The position numbers and the translations under genes were made by a program. The notes under the pieces are model-generated. The model searched no databases and was not told where the DNA came from. It was given only the letters and a program-made list of their open reading frames with translations. Below, piece after piece: positions 34,892-45,818 of a stretch of 64,000 nt of DNA (the first letter of the stretch is position 1; every line of letters begins with the position of its first letter). The DNA is taken from positions 1,178,001 through 1,242,000 of the forward strand of contig OZ251235.1 of NCBI GenBank assembly GCA_965240325.2. Reading direction: 5' to 3'. This DNA is from Rebecca billardiae RCC1528 (taxonomy: Eukaryota > Protista > Haptophyta).

Positions 34892-35304
34892 GTCCATGTC
34901 GCTGACGCTGGGTGCATCAGCTAGCAGCCTGAGTTTTAGCACCCTGGCACCGCTGCGTGAATTGCACCGGCGCCCGGAGTGTCGGTCACTGTCTGTGTGA
35001 ATTGCACCGGCGCCCCGAGTGTCGGTCAAGAACTGTCTGTGACTCACCGGTGACTCACTGTGAGACCACCCGCCCGGGCCGGTTTCCGCACGCCTGCCGA
35101 GCCTGATGCGACAGCCCGAAGATCTTGTTCGTCGGTGCTCGGCCCCGATGAGCAAGCCTCCTCCCGCGCCCGGGCCGCCGGCGCAGCTGTCAGTCAACCC
35201 TTGACCGCCATCGGGACGTCTGGAAACGAGTCGTCCTCGATCGGCGGCGTCCGTGCGTTCCGGCCTGCCGCGCACGGTCTCCACGGGGCGTCGTGATCGA
35301 AGCG

Positions 35305-36456
35305 ATGGAGCTAGCACCCCCGGCGGATCCACCTCTCGCGGCCGATTTCCTCGATGCCATCACTGAGCTTGTGGACTCGGGTGTCGACCGCGCGTGCACA
35401 TTTGTTTCGATCGACGTGCTGGACAGCACACCAGCAGCGGAGCCAGAGGGCGAGGACGGCGCGGCCAACGGGGCTGGCGCGCGTCACATCATCGCCGTGG
35501 CGCACGACGGGCAGGGCTACCTGGCCGACGACCTCAGCCTCGCGTCGCCAGGCACCGCTTCGCTGCTGCAGACAGTGCAGCGGCTGTCGTCTGGGCTCGG
35601 ACTGTGGGCGTGCGTGCTCTCGCGTGTGGAGGCGGAGGCCCCTCGAGGTGCCGGCCTGTTCGCCGCCAACGCAGCCACAGCCTTTGACTGGGCCGGGGAG
35701 CAGCTGGTCGGCGGGCAGCCGGCTCGCCGACGGCTCGCGGCGTGCGTGAAGGACTCGCCGTTCGCTTCCGAGGCGGAGGTGCTGGCTGTGCTCGAGCGCA
35801 TAGGCGCGCGGGGGACGGTGGCGCTCGTGGGGGATCGGCCGGGGAGGAGCACGCTCGCGCAGCTGGACGTCGTGAGCGACCCGACCGACGTGCGCTTACC
35901 CGCGCCCTCGCGCACCGCACCCTTCCGCGCCGCGTGGGTCACCTCGCTGCGGCAGCGGCTGAGCGCGCAGTACGCCGTCACGCTGCCTCTGAGCATCGTG
36001 CTGCGCAATGCGCCTGTCGTGCTGACGCCGTCGGCCAAGGCTACGGCGCCACCCGACGCGAGTCGCGGGCAGCTCCTCGCCGTGCGCTCGCTCAACGGCG
36101 TCCCGCCCGAAGGGCTGCCGGTGGCTGATGAGCAGCCGAGCGCGCCCGTGAATGGCGCAGAGGGCGGCGGCGAGGAGGAGGAGGAGGAGGAGGACGGCGA
36201 GGACGAGGCAGACAATGATGCCGACGACGCGGACAGAGAGGAGGAGGGGGATGAGGTCCGCGGCACGGTCTCCGGCCAAGCGGCTACGGGCGGGCAGAAC
36301 GGCTTGGCTGAAGACAACGGTGCCGAGCTGCTCCCCGCGGTCCCAGGTGACGCCAACGCCACCGGCCACCGCACACGTGCCTCACACCGGCAATCGCCTG
36401 ACGCGACGGCCGCGGAGATGGTCGATGCGGCCGCAGGCTTCTACGCGGAACCGTGA
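35305..36456 (+). CDS. Degenerate MORC/GHKL-like protein with an acidic tail
   Basis: FLDAITELVDSGVD, IAVAHDGQG, SPFASEAEV, GT, D..DVRL and SLRQRLS resemble MORC landmarks in the correct order, but the catalytic motifs are altered. Confidence 0.5.
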   Translation: MELAPPADPPLAADFLDAITELVDSGVDRACTFVSIDVLDSTPAAEPEGEDGAANGAGARHIIAVAHDGQGYLADDLSLASPGTASLLQTVQRLSSGLGLWACVLSRVEAEAPRGAGLFAANAATAFDWAGEQLVGGQPARRRLAACVKDSPFASEAEVLAVLERIGARGTVALVGDRPGRSTLAQLDVVSDPTDVRLPAPSRTAPFRAAWVTSLRQRLSAQYAVTLPLSIVLRNAPVVLTPSAKATAPPDASRGQLLAVRSLNGVPPEGLPVADEQPSAPVNGAEGGGEEEEEEEDGEDEADNDADDADREEEGDEVRGTVSGQAATGGQNGLAEDNGAELLPAVPGDANATGHRTRASHRQSPDATAAEMVDAAAGFYAEP

Positions 36457-37052
36457 GGTCGCTGTGAGCGGCACGACTCGCACCATGTGCGACGGCCGTC
36501 GGCCCGCTGCGGTGCCGCGGAATGCTTGCATAGACAGGCGGGGCTTCCGCCGGATCTGCTACGGGTTCGGGCGCAGGGCAGATGACGAGCCGTGACGAAA
36601 GCGCTGCCGTGATCGGGGCGTGCTGCAACTGGCCGTCCGAGCCCGACTCCCGGAGTCTGAGTCTCACGCGGCGTCGCCGGGACATCTGGTACCTGCTGTT
36701 GTAGCCCGTGCACTACAACGGTCAATATGCGTGGTCGGAAACGGACTATCGCTAAGCTACGGAGAAGGTGGCCCAACTCAAGGTGGCTTCGTGACCGCGC
36801 AGCAGAGTCACGGACGAGTTGACGACAGCTTGGACCGGTGGCTGTCTGGCTCGGGCTCTGCCCGGACGAGATCCGGACGCTCGAGACCAGGTCGTCCGGA
36901 GTTTTCGGCGCGCGAGATTTTTCGAGACGCGAGCTCTCAAGCGGCGAGATTCGACGACGCGCAAGGAGCCATTTGGGGGCGCCCGGCGGCGGGGGTTGAT
37001 TCCCGCCCGGACGTAATCAAGGGCCGACGCACGCTTCCGCACGCCGACCGAG

Positions 37053-38366
37053 ATGCTGCGCGTCATTTGCCTCAGCCTGGCCGTCGTCTCGGCGCTCGGC
37101 TTCAGCGCACCGGCGACCAAGGTCGCGAGCTCGCGCGTCGCGCGTGGCGCCGATGTGGCCATGATGGCGAAGAAGTCGGTGGGCGACCTCGGCGAGGGCG
37201 ACCTGAAGGGCAAGCGCGTGCTCGTCCGCTGCGACCTCAACGTGCCGCTGGATGGCAAGACGATCACGGACGACACCCGCATCCGCGCCTCGGTCCCGAC
37301 GGTGAAGTACCTGATGGAGAAGGGCGCAAAGGTGCTCCTCTCGTCGCACCTCGGCCGGCCCAAGGACGGCCCGGAGGACAAGTTCAGCCTGGCGCCGTGC
37401 GCCGCGCGCATGAGCGAGCTCCTCGGCAAGCCGGTGACGATGGCGCCGGACTGCATCGGCGACGGCGTGAAGGATTGCGTTGCCAAGATGGCCGACGGCG
37501 ACGTGCTCCTCCTCGAGAACGTGCGCTTCTACAAGGAGGAGACCAAGAACGAGCCGGGCTTCGCCGAGAAGCTCGCGTCCAACGCGGACATGTTCGTGAA
37601 CGATGCGTTCGGCACTGCGCACCGCGCGCACGGCTCGACCGAGGGCGTGACGAAGTACCTCAACCCGTCGGTCGCCGGCTTCCTCCTGCAGAAGGAGCTC
37701 GATTACCTTGAGGGCGCGGTCAAGGAGCCGAAGCGCCCCTTCGCGGCCATCGTCGGCGGCTCGAAGGTCTCGTCGAAGATCGGCGTGATCGAGAGCATGC
37801 TCGAGAAGGTCGACAAGATCGTGATCGGCGGCGGCATGGTGTTCACCTTCCTCAAGGCGCGCGGCCTCGCGACGGGCTCGTCGCTCGTCGAGGAGGACAA
37901 GATCGAGCTGGCGAAGGAGCTCGAGACGAAGGCGGCCGCGAAGGGCGTCAAGTTCATCCTCCCGACCGACGTGATCATCGCGGACAAGTTCGACGCGGAG
38001 GCGAACACGCAGACGGTGTCGGTGGACGCGATCCCGGATGGCTGGATGGGCCTCGACAACGGGCCGGACTCGACCGCGATGATCCAGAAGGAGCTCTCGG
38101 AGTGCAAGACGATCATCTGGAACGGGCCGATGGGTGTGTTCGAGTTCGACAAGTTCGCGAAGGGCACGTACGCGATCGCGGAGACCCTCGCCGAGCTGAC
38201 GGGCAAGGGTGCGATCACCATCATCGGCGGCGGTGACTCCGTCGCGGCGGTCGAGAAGGCCGGCCTTGCGGAGAAGATGTCGCACATCTCGACGGGCGGT
38301 GGCGCGTCGCTCGAGCTGCTCGAGGGCAAGGTGCTCCCGGGCGTGGCCGCGCTCCAGGAGGCCTAA
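37053..38366 (+). CDS. PGK: Phosphoglycerate kinase, plastid-targeted, intronless
   Basis: [59 protein letters not shown] and [16 protein letters not shown]. Signal peptide ending ALG-FSA plus a transit peptide. Confidence 0.98.
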   Translation: MLRVICLSLAVVSALGFSAPATKVASSRVARGADVAMMAKKSVGDLGEGDLKGKRVLVRCDLNVPLDGKTITDDTRIRASVPTVKYLMEKGAKVLLSSHLGRPKDGPEDKFSLAPCAARMSELLGKPVTMAPDCIGDGVKDCVAKMADGDVLLLENVRFYKEETKNEPGFAEKLASNADMFVNDAFGTAHRAHGSTEGVTKYLNPSVAGFLLQKELDYLEGAVKEPKRPFAAIVGGSKVSSKIGVIESMLEKVDKIVIGGGMVFTFLKARGLATGSSLVEEDKIELAKELETKAAAKGVKFILPTDVIIADKFDAEANTQTVSVDAIPDGWMGLDNGPDSTAMIQKELSECKTIIWNGPMGVFEFDKFAKGTYAIAETLAELTGKGAITIIGGGDSVAAVEKAGLAEKMSHISTGGGASLELLEGKVLPGVAALQEA

Positions 38367-38620
38367 GCACCCGGTCGTCACTAAGGCAATCGGAATCTGC
38401 CGTGCACGCATCACCGAATCAGTGGCACTGCCCAGCGTCTTCGGCGGCGACAAGTTTATTGTTTGACACTACACCTGAGTGACGCACACTCGACTTGCCC
38501 GCATACGTGCCTTGCCTGCACCGGTGGTTTCGTGACCCTTATCGCAGCGTGTACACAGCTTGTCCATACATTTCAAGTTATTAATATTGCGTCCCGTTAT
38601 TATTATAATATTAATTTAAG

Positions 38621-40938
38621 TAATAAAATGTCTGCAGAGTCACGCCGTGCATGATGCTGAGACTTTTCACCGTCAAAAACTCAGCCCTGGCGGGCGGGGG
38701 GGTCGGGGTCGGCGGGCCGTGCCAGTGCTGTCGCAATATTTCCCCAGCGGGTTCGCGCCTTTTATTTATAGCGGTTTGACGGGCAGGATGACTACGAATA
38801 ACAATGCGACATCATACCGAGATGATTGTGAGCTACCCGACTCACTGACGAATAATAACGCGACAGATGACTCTGGTGCGAGCTCAGCGACAGTGTGATT
38901 GCGCGTGTATTCCTGCACCCACTGTGATGCTACTCGTCATCGTGCCGAGCCTTGGCGACTGCGCGCACGCACTGCCAACTGATTGGCGTGCGACGGCGGC
39001 GTGCCCGTGTGCGCCTGACGGTGACGGTTTGTCCTTGGAGCTAAACACGAAAACAGTTCAAGTTGTGGCGGCCGGAGTGTGATGTTCAGTGCATCCTACC
39101 GATTTCTGTCTCTCTGTCTCTTGCGCGTCGGCGAGCAGCAGCTGCACGTTCGAAACGAAGCCGATCATGTCGCCTCCGCCCAGGGGCTCGCGGTACTCGA
39201 TGATCTCGCGCCGCAAGTCGACGACCCCCTGCGCCCAGTGGTTGCCGTCCTGGTTGATGATGAAGGAGAGCACGTCGTACTCGTTCAGGTCGAAGAGCGC
39301 AAAGATGTCGGCCACCTTCTCCCACGCGTACACGCCCGCGCCCATGAGCAAGGTCCACACCCACGAGGGAACGTGCAGCACGCGGGGCGGGGCGGGCAGC
39401 CCGTGGCTTCGCGCGAGCTCGCGTACGCGCTGCATGTGCCGCATCTCGACCGCGATGACGTAGTCGAGCGCCTCGCCGCCGACGAATCCGCCAGAGGAGA
39501 TCGTGAGCATCTCCTCGTGTCGCCAGCTGAGATCGTGTGTCGCCAGGATGCCAATGTCCGCTCCGGGCACGATGGGCTCGGCGAAGGTCGCGTCGGCGTC
39601 GTGCACGGCCGCCACGCTGCGCAACAGCGCGTCCAGGTCCAAGCGCTCGTCGGCGCTCGCCGCTCCGCGCGACAGGTCCGGCACTCGCACGTGCGGCGGT
39701 ATCAGGAGCTGTTGGCGGTGTACGCGCGCGCAGTGCGAGAGCGTGTGCCACTCGCGATCGACGGTGGGCACGCGCTGCTCGAGCAGGCACACGAGGCGCA
39801 GCGCATGTGCCACTGGCTTCACGACGTCGGCCTCGTCCCGCAGCGCCCGTGCCATGGGCAAGGATGGTGCGGCGATCTTGCACGCGCGACGTTTCAGCTC
39901 GTCGCGAATGCGCCCCTGGGATCGGTGATAGCGCGCTGTCGCCTCAGTCGCCGACTCGCGAAGACGCGGTTCCTGCCACGGCGGCAGACCCGGCAGGTGC
40001 GTGCGGTGCGCGTCGTACGCCGCTTCGCGCTGCCCCTCCGTCGCATTGGCCACCGTCGACGCCATGCAGGCCGGACGTGGGTCCTCGAGCGCCAAGCGAT
40101 CCTTGGCCGCGAGCTCGCGAGCGTGAAAGATGAAAGATGATCGCTCGCTCTGGAACACCACCGACCGTAGCAAACGGATTTGCATGCGCCCGACCTTGCC
40201 AACCGGGTCACGCGACGACAGTCCGGTGTGTGCATTCCGGTTATGGTGTTCAGAAGGCCGCGCCAAAGCTTGCGTCGCGTGCGATGGCGCTTCCCGCCCG
40301 CGAGACGCCTCGTGATGAATGCGTTTCCGCACCGAGCCCGACGCGCGACGGTGGATCGTGCGAGGTGGTTGTCTTGCGCAGCGCATGATGCTATGGCCCG
40401 TGCGAGCGCTCGACGTGCACGTCGGGCGAGGATCGCCCCAGGTCGCACGATCGTGTCGACGCGCCGAGCGTACCGCTCCAACGCGTCGATTTAGCCCCCG
40501 TTCGACCTGCACGCGAGACGACGAGGGCAGCAATCGCGAATCGGGCGAAAACACCGTTCGGGAATCCCCTCACGATGTCCGCGCTGGCGTTGGATTTGGC
40601 GCGCGCCGCCCACGCGCTCCGCGCCAGGCCGCAGATGGTTTTCGGCCGAGCGTCCCCAGTGGGAGCTGCGAGGGCGCCCGGTAGTGAGCGAAGCGACCTG
40701 GCAGTGAGCGAGGCGATTTTCTTTTCTCTGCGAGGCGATTTTCTTTTTTCTTTTTCTTTTTCTTATCTTTTTCCCGGGCACTACAAGGGGCGGACCTACG
40801 GCCCGCCATTCGTCACGCAGACTTTCAGTAGTCGTTACTTTCGGTTAATAAAATGTCTGCAGAGTCACGCCGTGCATGATGCTGAGACTTTTCACCGTCA
40901 AATTCGTCACGCAGACTTTCAGTAGTCGTTACTTTCGG
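38621..40938. mobile_element. Putative non-autonomous element with A...B-A-B repeats carrying a Ulp1-like peptidase
   Basis: A (57 bp) at 38621-38677 and 40846-40902. B (36 bp) at 40809-40844 and 40903-40938. Stem-loop GGCGGACC-TAC-GGCCCGCC at 40789-40807. No transposase seen. Confidence 0.6.
38950..40065 (-). pseudogene. Ulp1/C48 SUMO-protease-like ORF with an in-frame TGA before the catalytic Cys
   Basis: EALDYVI, LNEYDVLSFIINQDGNHWAQGVVDL..IEY.EPLG. After the TGA at 39060-39058 the same frame continues TVFVF...ARQSVGSAC (QxxxxxC). Confidence 0.6.
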
Positions 40939-41109
40939 CCGAGTTACCGCCTGTATACGACTGATGTATATATGTATATATGATCCGGACCGTAAAACGG
41001 TGCTCGCGTGCCCGAGTGGTATCACTCAGACAGGTATCAGGTATGAAAGTACGCTACCGGCATCACGACCGTCACTCACGAGGCTCAGGCTCATCATAAC
41101 GGCGGATCG

Positions 41110-41229
41110 GATGAGCCTGAGCCTCGTGCCGCGGTACTTTTACCACTCGGGCACGAGCACTTTTACGGTCGACCGTAAAAGTGCTCGTGCCCGAGTGGTA
41201 AAAGTACCGGCACGAGGCTCAGGCTCATC
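41110..41229. repeat. About 120-bp near-perfect, loop-less palindrome centred on GTCGAC (41170/41171)
   Basis: The arms are exact reverse complements except for a 2-nt indel. An insertion-expanded third copy lies at 40988-41096. Confidence 0.95.
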
Positions 41230-44200
41230 ACGGCAACCTGCCACCGTGAGCCTTACGCACGTTAAAACAAATAAACTGTACTCTCACTCTGTAGTGAGCC
41301 TGTAGCTAAGCTACTGCTTAGTGCTTGTACTTCGCGCATGCTCAGACGGCGCCGGGCAGGCGTCATCGGAGTACGTAGTCATTGTCAGTCGTAACTATAT
41401 TCATCATCATCGTTCGCTTTCATCAGCTCATTAGTAGCGGATCGGTCAGCAGGGACAAACACCAGGACCAGCGCTCCTTGCAGTAGTCGCAGTCGTCCGC
41501 CCCCTCGTAGCGTGTCACTGCATAGTTGCCGAGCGGAACCGTGGAAGCCAGACGACAGTGATCGCAGTGAACGACACCGTCGTCTGTACCTGCCTCTGGC
41601 GTCGACGCGTGTGCGCCACCGCGGTGATCGCGGTGCCACGCCGCATCGTCAGCCGTCGTCTCGACGTAGTCGTCGTGTGGCTCGTGTGCAGCGCCCCCAC
41701 ATCGTCAGGCGCGTGCCCCGGGAAGGGACCGGGCGCACGTGAGCCATGCGCGCGCGCGGCGCGGGCGATGAGCATCTTGGCAGCCTGGCCACGCACGCTG
41801 CAGCACAGGGCTGCGCATTCCTAGCTCGCGTCACATGCCGACACTTGACACTCGTACGGCTACCGCGCCGTCATTTTAATTACTGAACGTATAGTGCCTG
41901 GGGTGAAAATCCCATTTTCTGGCCTGTCCGGGTGGAAAATCCGGCTGCTCAGATCTGACCGGACCGGGACCCGGACAGCACAGTATCTAGGGACCAGACA
42001 CTTTTCTGGTGAACACAGCTTTAAACAATTTTAATTCGTGACAAAGCCCTGGGAGACCCAGCTCCGACCCCCTTTAATTGGGTGTCACCTACTGCTGTCC
42101 AAAGTAATACCGGAGTAGGAATACGAAGAATGGGGCCTCAAACGTTTTTTGATTAGGCACGCCTCGGGAATCGAGAACGCATGCCGTTACCTTTTTGAGC
42201 GCGCGCTATAGGGATGTCGTTGCGATTCCCACCTATTTGTTGACGCTTTTCTACGACCATCCGCTCCCCAAGTCGAGGAACCGCGACGCACGAGTGCTTT
42301 CGCCGCCGCGCCGCGTGCGCTCGGCACACACGATTGAGTATGACGGACGAGCGCGCGCTGCTGCAGGAGGCGAATAAGGCCGCGCGCGACACGCAGATAG
42401 CGCTCAGCCGGCGTGGCTCGACGACGCTGCCGGCACTCGCGCTCAGCACACATGCGCGCGACCGGAGGATCTGAGCTCCGCGGGCCTCCGCCTGTACCCA
42501 GCGCCAGATGCCATCGTCGGCGTCGCGAGGAACTGCGCCAATCTGGCGGAGATCCAGCGGCACGTGGTGGCGATCAAGCAGCCGCAACCGCATCAGATGA
42601 CGTGCACGAACGGGCTCATGGAGAAGCTCGTACCACAAGCCTACCATAAGCTGCACCCCGGCTCGCCGCCACTTGCTCGACTACTACTCGCCCTGGCTCG
42701 TCCGTCACCCACGCCGCCCGCGGCTCGCGGCGCCATCGCGGAGGTGCGTGCCGACCGGCGCGAGCTGCACAACACAACATGCACACCGACGCGAGCCGCT
42801 CGTACCACGTCGTGCCCGACGGGCCGTGCTCAGCGACGGCTGCAGGAGTCTACGCTGGCACGGTTGTGCCCTGCCGGCCTGCGCCGCTCGCCCCGCGCCT
42901 GCAGTCGCCCCGCGCCTGCAGACCGGTGGGCCATCCGCGGTGCGTGCCGTTGCCGTGCCGTCGTGCCCGAGCGGCCGTGCGCAGCGACGACTGCATCGAC
43001 GCGCGCCTCGCCGTGCGCCTCGGTGGGCCTTGCAAAACTGCAGAAGTGCCGCGCTGCCGCGCCTCGGGCTTAATCGCAGAGTATCGCACGCGCGACGGGT
43101 GGCGCGCCATCGGATGATATACCGTTCTACAGCGCTGAACTACGGCCAACTCGTCCCATCGTCGTCGGGTCTGCCGGCCATGGGAAGCTTCTCCGTCGCG
43201 TCCTAGACGCGCTGTGTTCGACCAGCCCCACCGGGACAAGGCCGCCAGGCCCCCGCTGTTTTACATCTTCGTTCTCTTCGGATTTGAGCATGGGGCCGCG
43301 GCGCCCCATTTGCACAGTCAAAAGACCGCGGGTGTAAAAGCAACCGTTGTCGAGTTCGATGTAGCGGCTGGGCGAATTAGTGAATAAAAAAACAATTCAC
43401 GAGACACTTGCGCCCACGGCCGCGATGGCGTGCGCCGTCCGCACCCACGACGGAGTCGTGGACGGACATCGCTAGACAGCCTACGCGACAGGCGTTGTCG
43501 TGATCGAGGTGCCCGTGCCCGTTGTCGATAGCCAAACGATTGGCACGACGACCTGGCACCACATCCGCGTCAAGCGCGGCGAGGCCGTGGTCCAGCGCGT
43601 GTGCGCCACTGAGCTGGCCGATGTGCGGACGGCGTCGGGTGGCGCAGGGGCTCCTGCCGATGCTACCTGGCGGCTGCTGCGGGGCCTGCTGCCGTGGTCG
43701 AGCCTGGGGCAGAGGCTGAGTCAACCGCGGAGCAGCTCAACGCTTCCGAGATCGAGCTGCGCGCGGTCGGACCAGATGACGGCCCGCGGCCGTCCAAGCG
43801 CACACGCAAGGACGCCTGAGCACACGCGTTCAGTCCGAGCAAAGCCTGGTCGGCGTACGAGCGCGAGCCAGCTCAGACACGGCACGAGCGCACGCGTGAC
43901 GGCTCGTACGATGAGCTCGTCGGCTTGGTCATCGGGCTGCTGTCGCTCGTCGCCTCGCTTGTCACGTCACACTCAGCTGAGCAGAGACATCACTCCCGCC
44001 GTTCAGCTGATCGACGAGGACGAGGCGGCCAAGGCGGCGGCGGCTCAAACGCCTGGAGGAGGAGCGCAGGAGGAGGAGGAGCTCCCAGCGCTGAGCCTGT
44101 GGGGCCGCGCCGAGGCCAGGCACCGCGGCCAGCGGCTGCAGTCGCGGGTGGCTGCCGGACAGCAGCTCGGCGGCACACGCTCACTCATACGTCGATCCTC

Positions 44201-44792
44201 TTGCTCGAGAGTCGAGGCGGCGGGCAAGGTGCAGGCCGCACGCGAGCTTGCTGAGCGTGCGCAGGCCGAGCCGCAGCTGAGCCCCGAGGGTGCTCGGGAC
44301 GCCGCGTGCGCAAGCAGGCCGCCTCGTAGCAGATGGTGCTTCGCATCGAATAACTACGCTCGGATACTAACCCGAAAAAATTTCTTCGCACTGCGTGCGC
44401 TTTACTCCCATTATTATTTTATTCCTTATTCGCGTATTAAATGCCGCTTTTCCGCCTCCCCAGTGCGAAAGTGCGCCAGAAAATGGGAATTCCACCCCCT
44501 GCCGCACTTTTCCTCTGACACTATGCGGGCAACTATGGGAGCCTTCAGAGTCCAGTCACAGTGTGCGACACTCGCCGACAGGCCTGCGTGACACGGACGC
44601 GGGCACGGCCATCCAGCAAAGCCAGTGCCCCGCTGGTGGCAATCAAGAAACCCTGCTGCGGCGGCTCGGCCGAGTCGCGAGTGCCGACGAGAGCCGGCGC
44701 CGCCAAGATTCACCCTTAGGCAGCCGATGGCGATGACATAATCCGATTGACGGATCGGACTCGCATCTGAATGATCAAGCTTGCAGTAGAGC

Positions 44793-45722
44793 TCAATTCA
44801 CAGCGAGAGTGTTGAGAAGGGCCGTCGCACCCGCGATGTCGTCTTGCAGAATGCGCGCGTTGAGCGAGCCCGGGGCCACGTTCTTTTCGTCCGCAGTCGC
44901 GTCCTGCTGCGCCTGCCGCACGACCCGCTGCAGTCCGGCCGCGTCCATCAAGCCGTGCTGGAAGGCCTTCACCGCTGCCCCCACAAAGGTCCGGAAGTAC
45001 AGCACGGGCGTGCCATGGGCGGTCTGGCGGTCGGAGGGGAGCGTTGGCGGCGCCTCCGTGTCCGACACCGCGTGAACGAATGCGGCAATCAGCGCACCCG
45101 TCCCAGAGATGCCCTCGATCGCCTCCTCGTCGCGCTCCGCCCAGCCGTTGTCCCCGACAAACACGTACCCGCTTGGCTCGGTGCCAGAGGCCCCGTGCTC
45201 CTCGCGCAGCAGGCGGAAGTTCTCGATCTTCCGCCAGCCTTTGCGGCTCTGGCAGATCCACTCGAGCACGCTACCGTACAGCACGTGCCCCACGCACCAC
45301 TCCTTGGCGGCTATCTGCTCGTGCTCAAGGGCGCACTTGCGATAGCGCATGCAGAGGGGCGAGTCGGGCTTGATCTCGAGGAAGATCTTGAACTCGCGCG
45401 CCCTGGCGGTCAGCACGGCAGCCAGCGCGGGGGCCTGGCCGGGGACCAGGCCGTGCATGCTCAGCTCGAGCTGGAATTGGAATACACCTGGATAGTACGC
45501 TCCGCGCGAGAATGACGTGTCCACGCCGCCAAGCGGGATGCCGACAAGCATGAGCCCGCCGCTAGACTTGACCGTGTCGTCAATGTCGGTGACCACGCAG
45601 AGGCCACCGCGTACGCGCGATCTAGACCCTGGCAACGGCCCAGCCGAGGAGCTGCCCGCTTCATGGACGAGCGCGAGCGCTGCGAGGCTGAGCAGCGCCA
45701 GCCTCGTCGGCGACGCCGCCAT
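44793..45722 (-). CDS. HAD-superfamily (APP1 phosphatidate phosphatase-like) protein with a signal peptide
   Basis: VVTDIDDTVK (DxDxT), YYPGV, VLTAR, K.ENF and YVFVGDNG. Hydrophobic N-terminus. Confidence 0.75.
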   Translation of the reverse strand: MAASPTRLALLSLAALALVHEAGSSSAGPLPGSRSRVRGGLCVVTDIDDTVKSSGGLMLVGIPLGGVDTSFSRGAYYPGVFQFQLELSMHGLVPGQAPALAAVLTARAREFKIFLEIKPDSPLCMRYRKCALEHEQIAAKEWCVGHVLYGSVLEWICQSRKGWRKIENFRLLREEHGASGTEPSGYVFVGDNGWAERDEEAIEGISGTGALIAAFVHAVSDTEAPPTLPSDRQTAHGTPVLYFRTFVGAAVKAFQHGLMDAAGLQRVVRQAQQDATADEKNVAPGSLNARILQDDIAGATALLNTLAVN

Positions 45723-45818
45723 GATTTCAGATTGCGCGGCCGGACGATTGTCCGGCGAAATGCCAGCAAAACGGTTCGTTTCGCACTCGCTTCTGTTCTT
45801 CCCCTGAGCAAGAGCGGG

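Noticed and set aside
40779-41296. CACTA element (CACTACAAG at 40779 and CTGTAGTG at 41289-41296)
   Set aside because: The TIR match is only 7 bp, the 3-bp flanks differ (GGG vs AGC), and the related copy at 46915 puts the boundary elsewhere.
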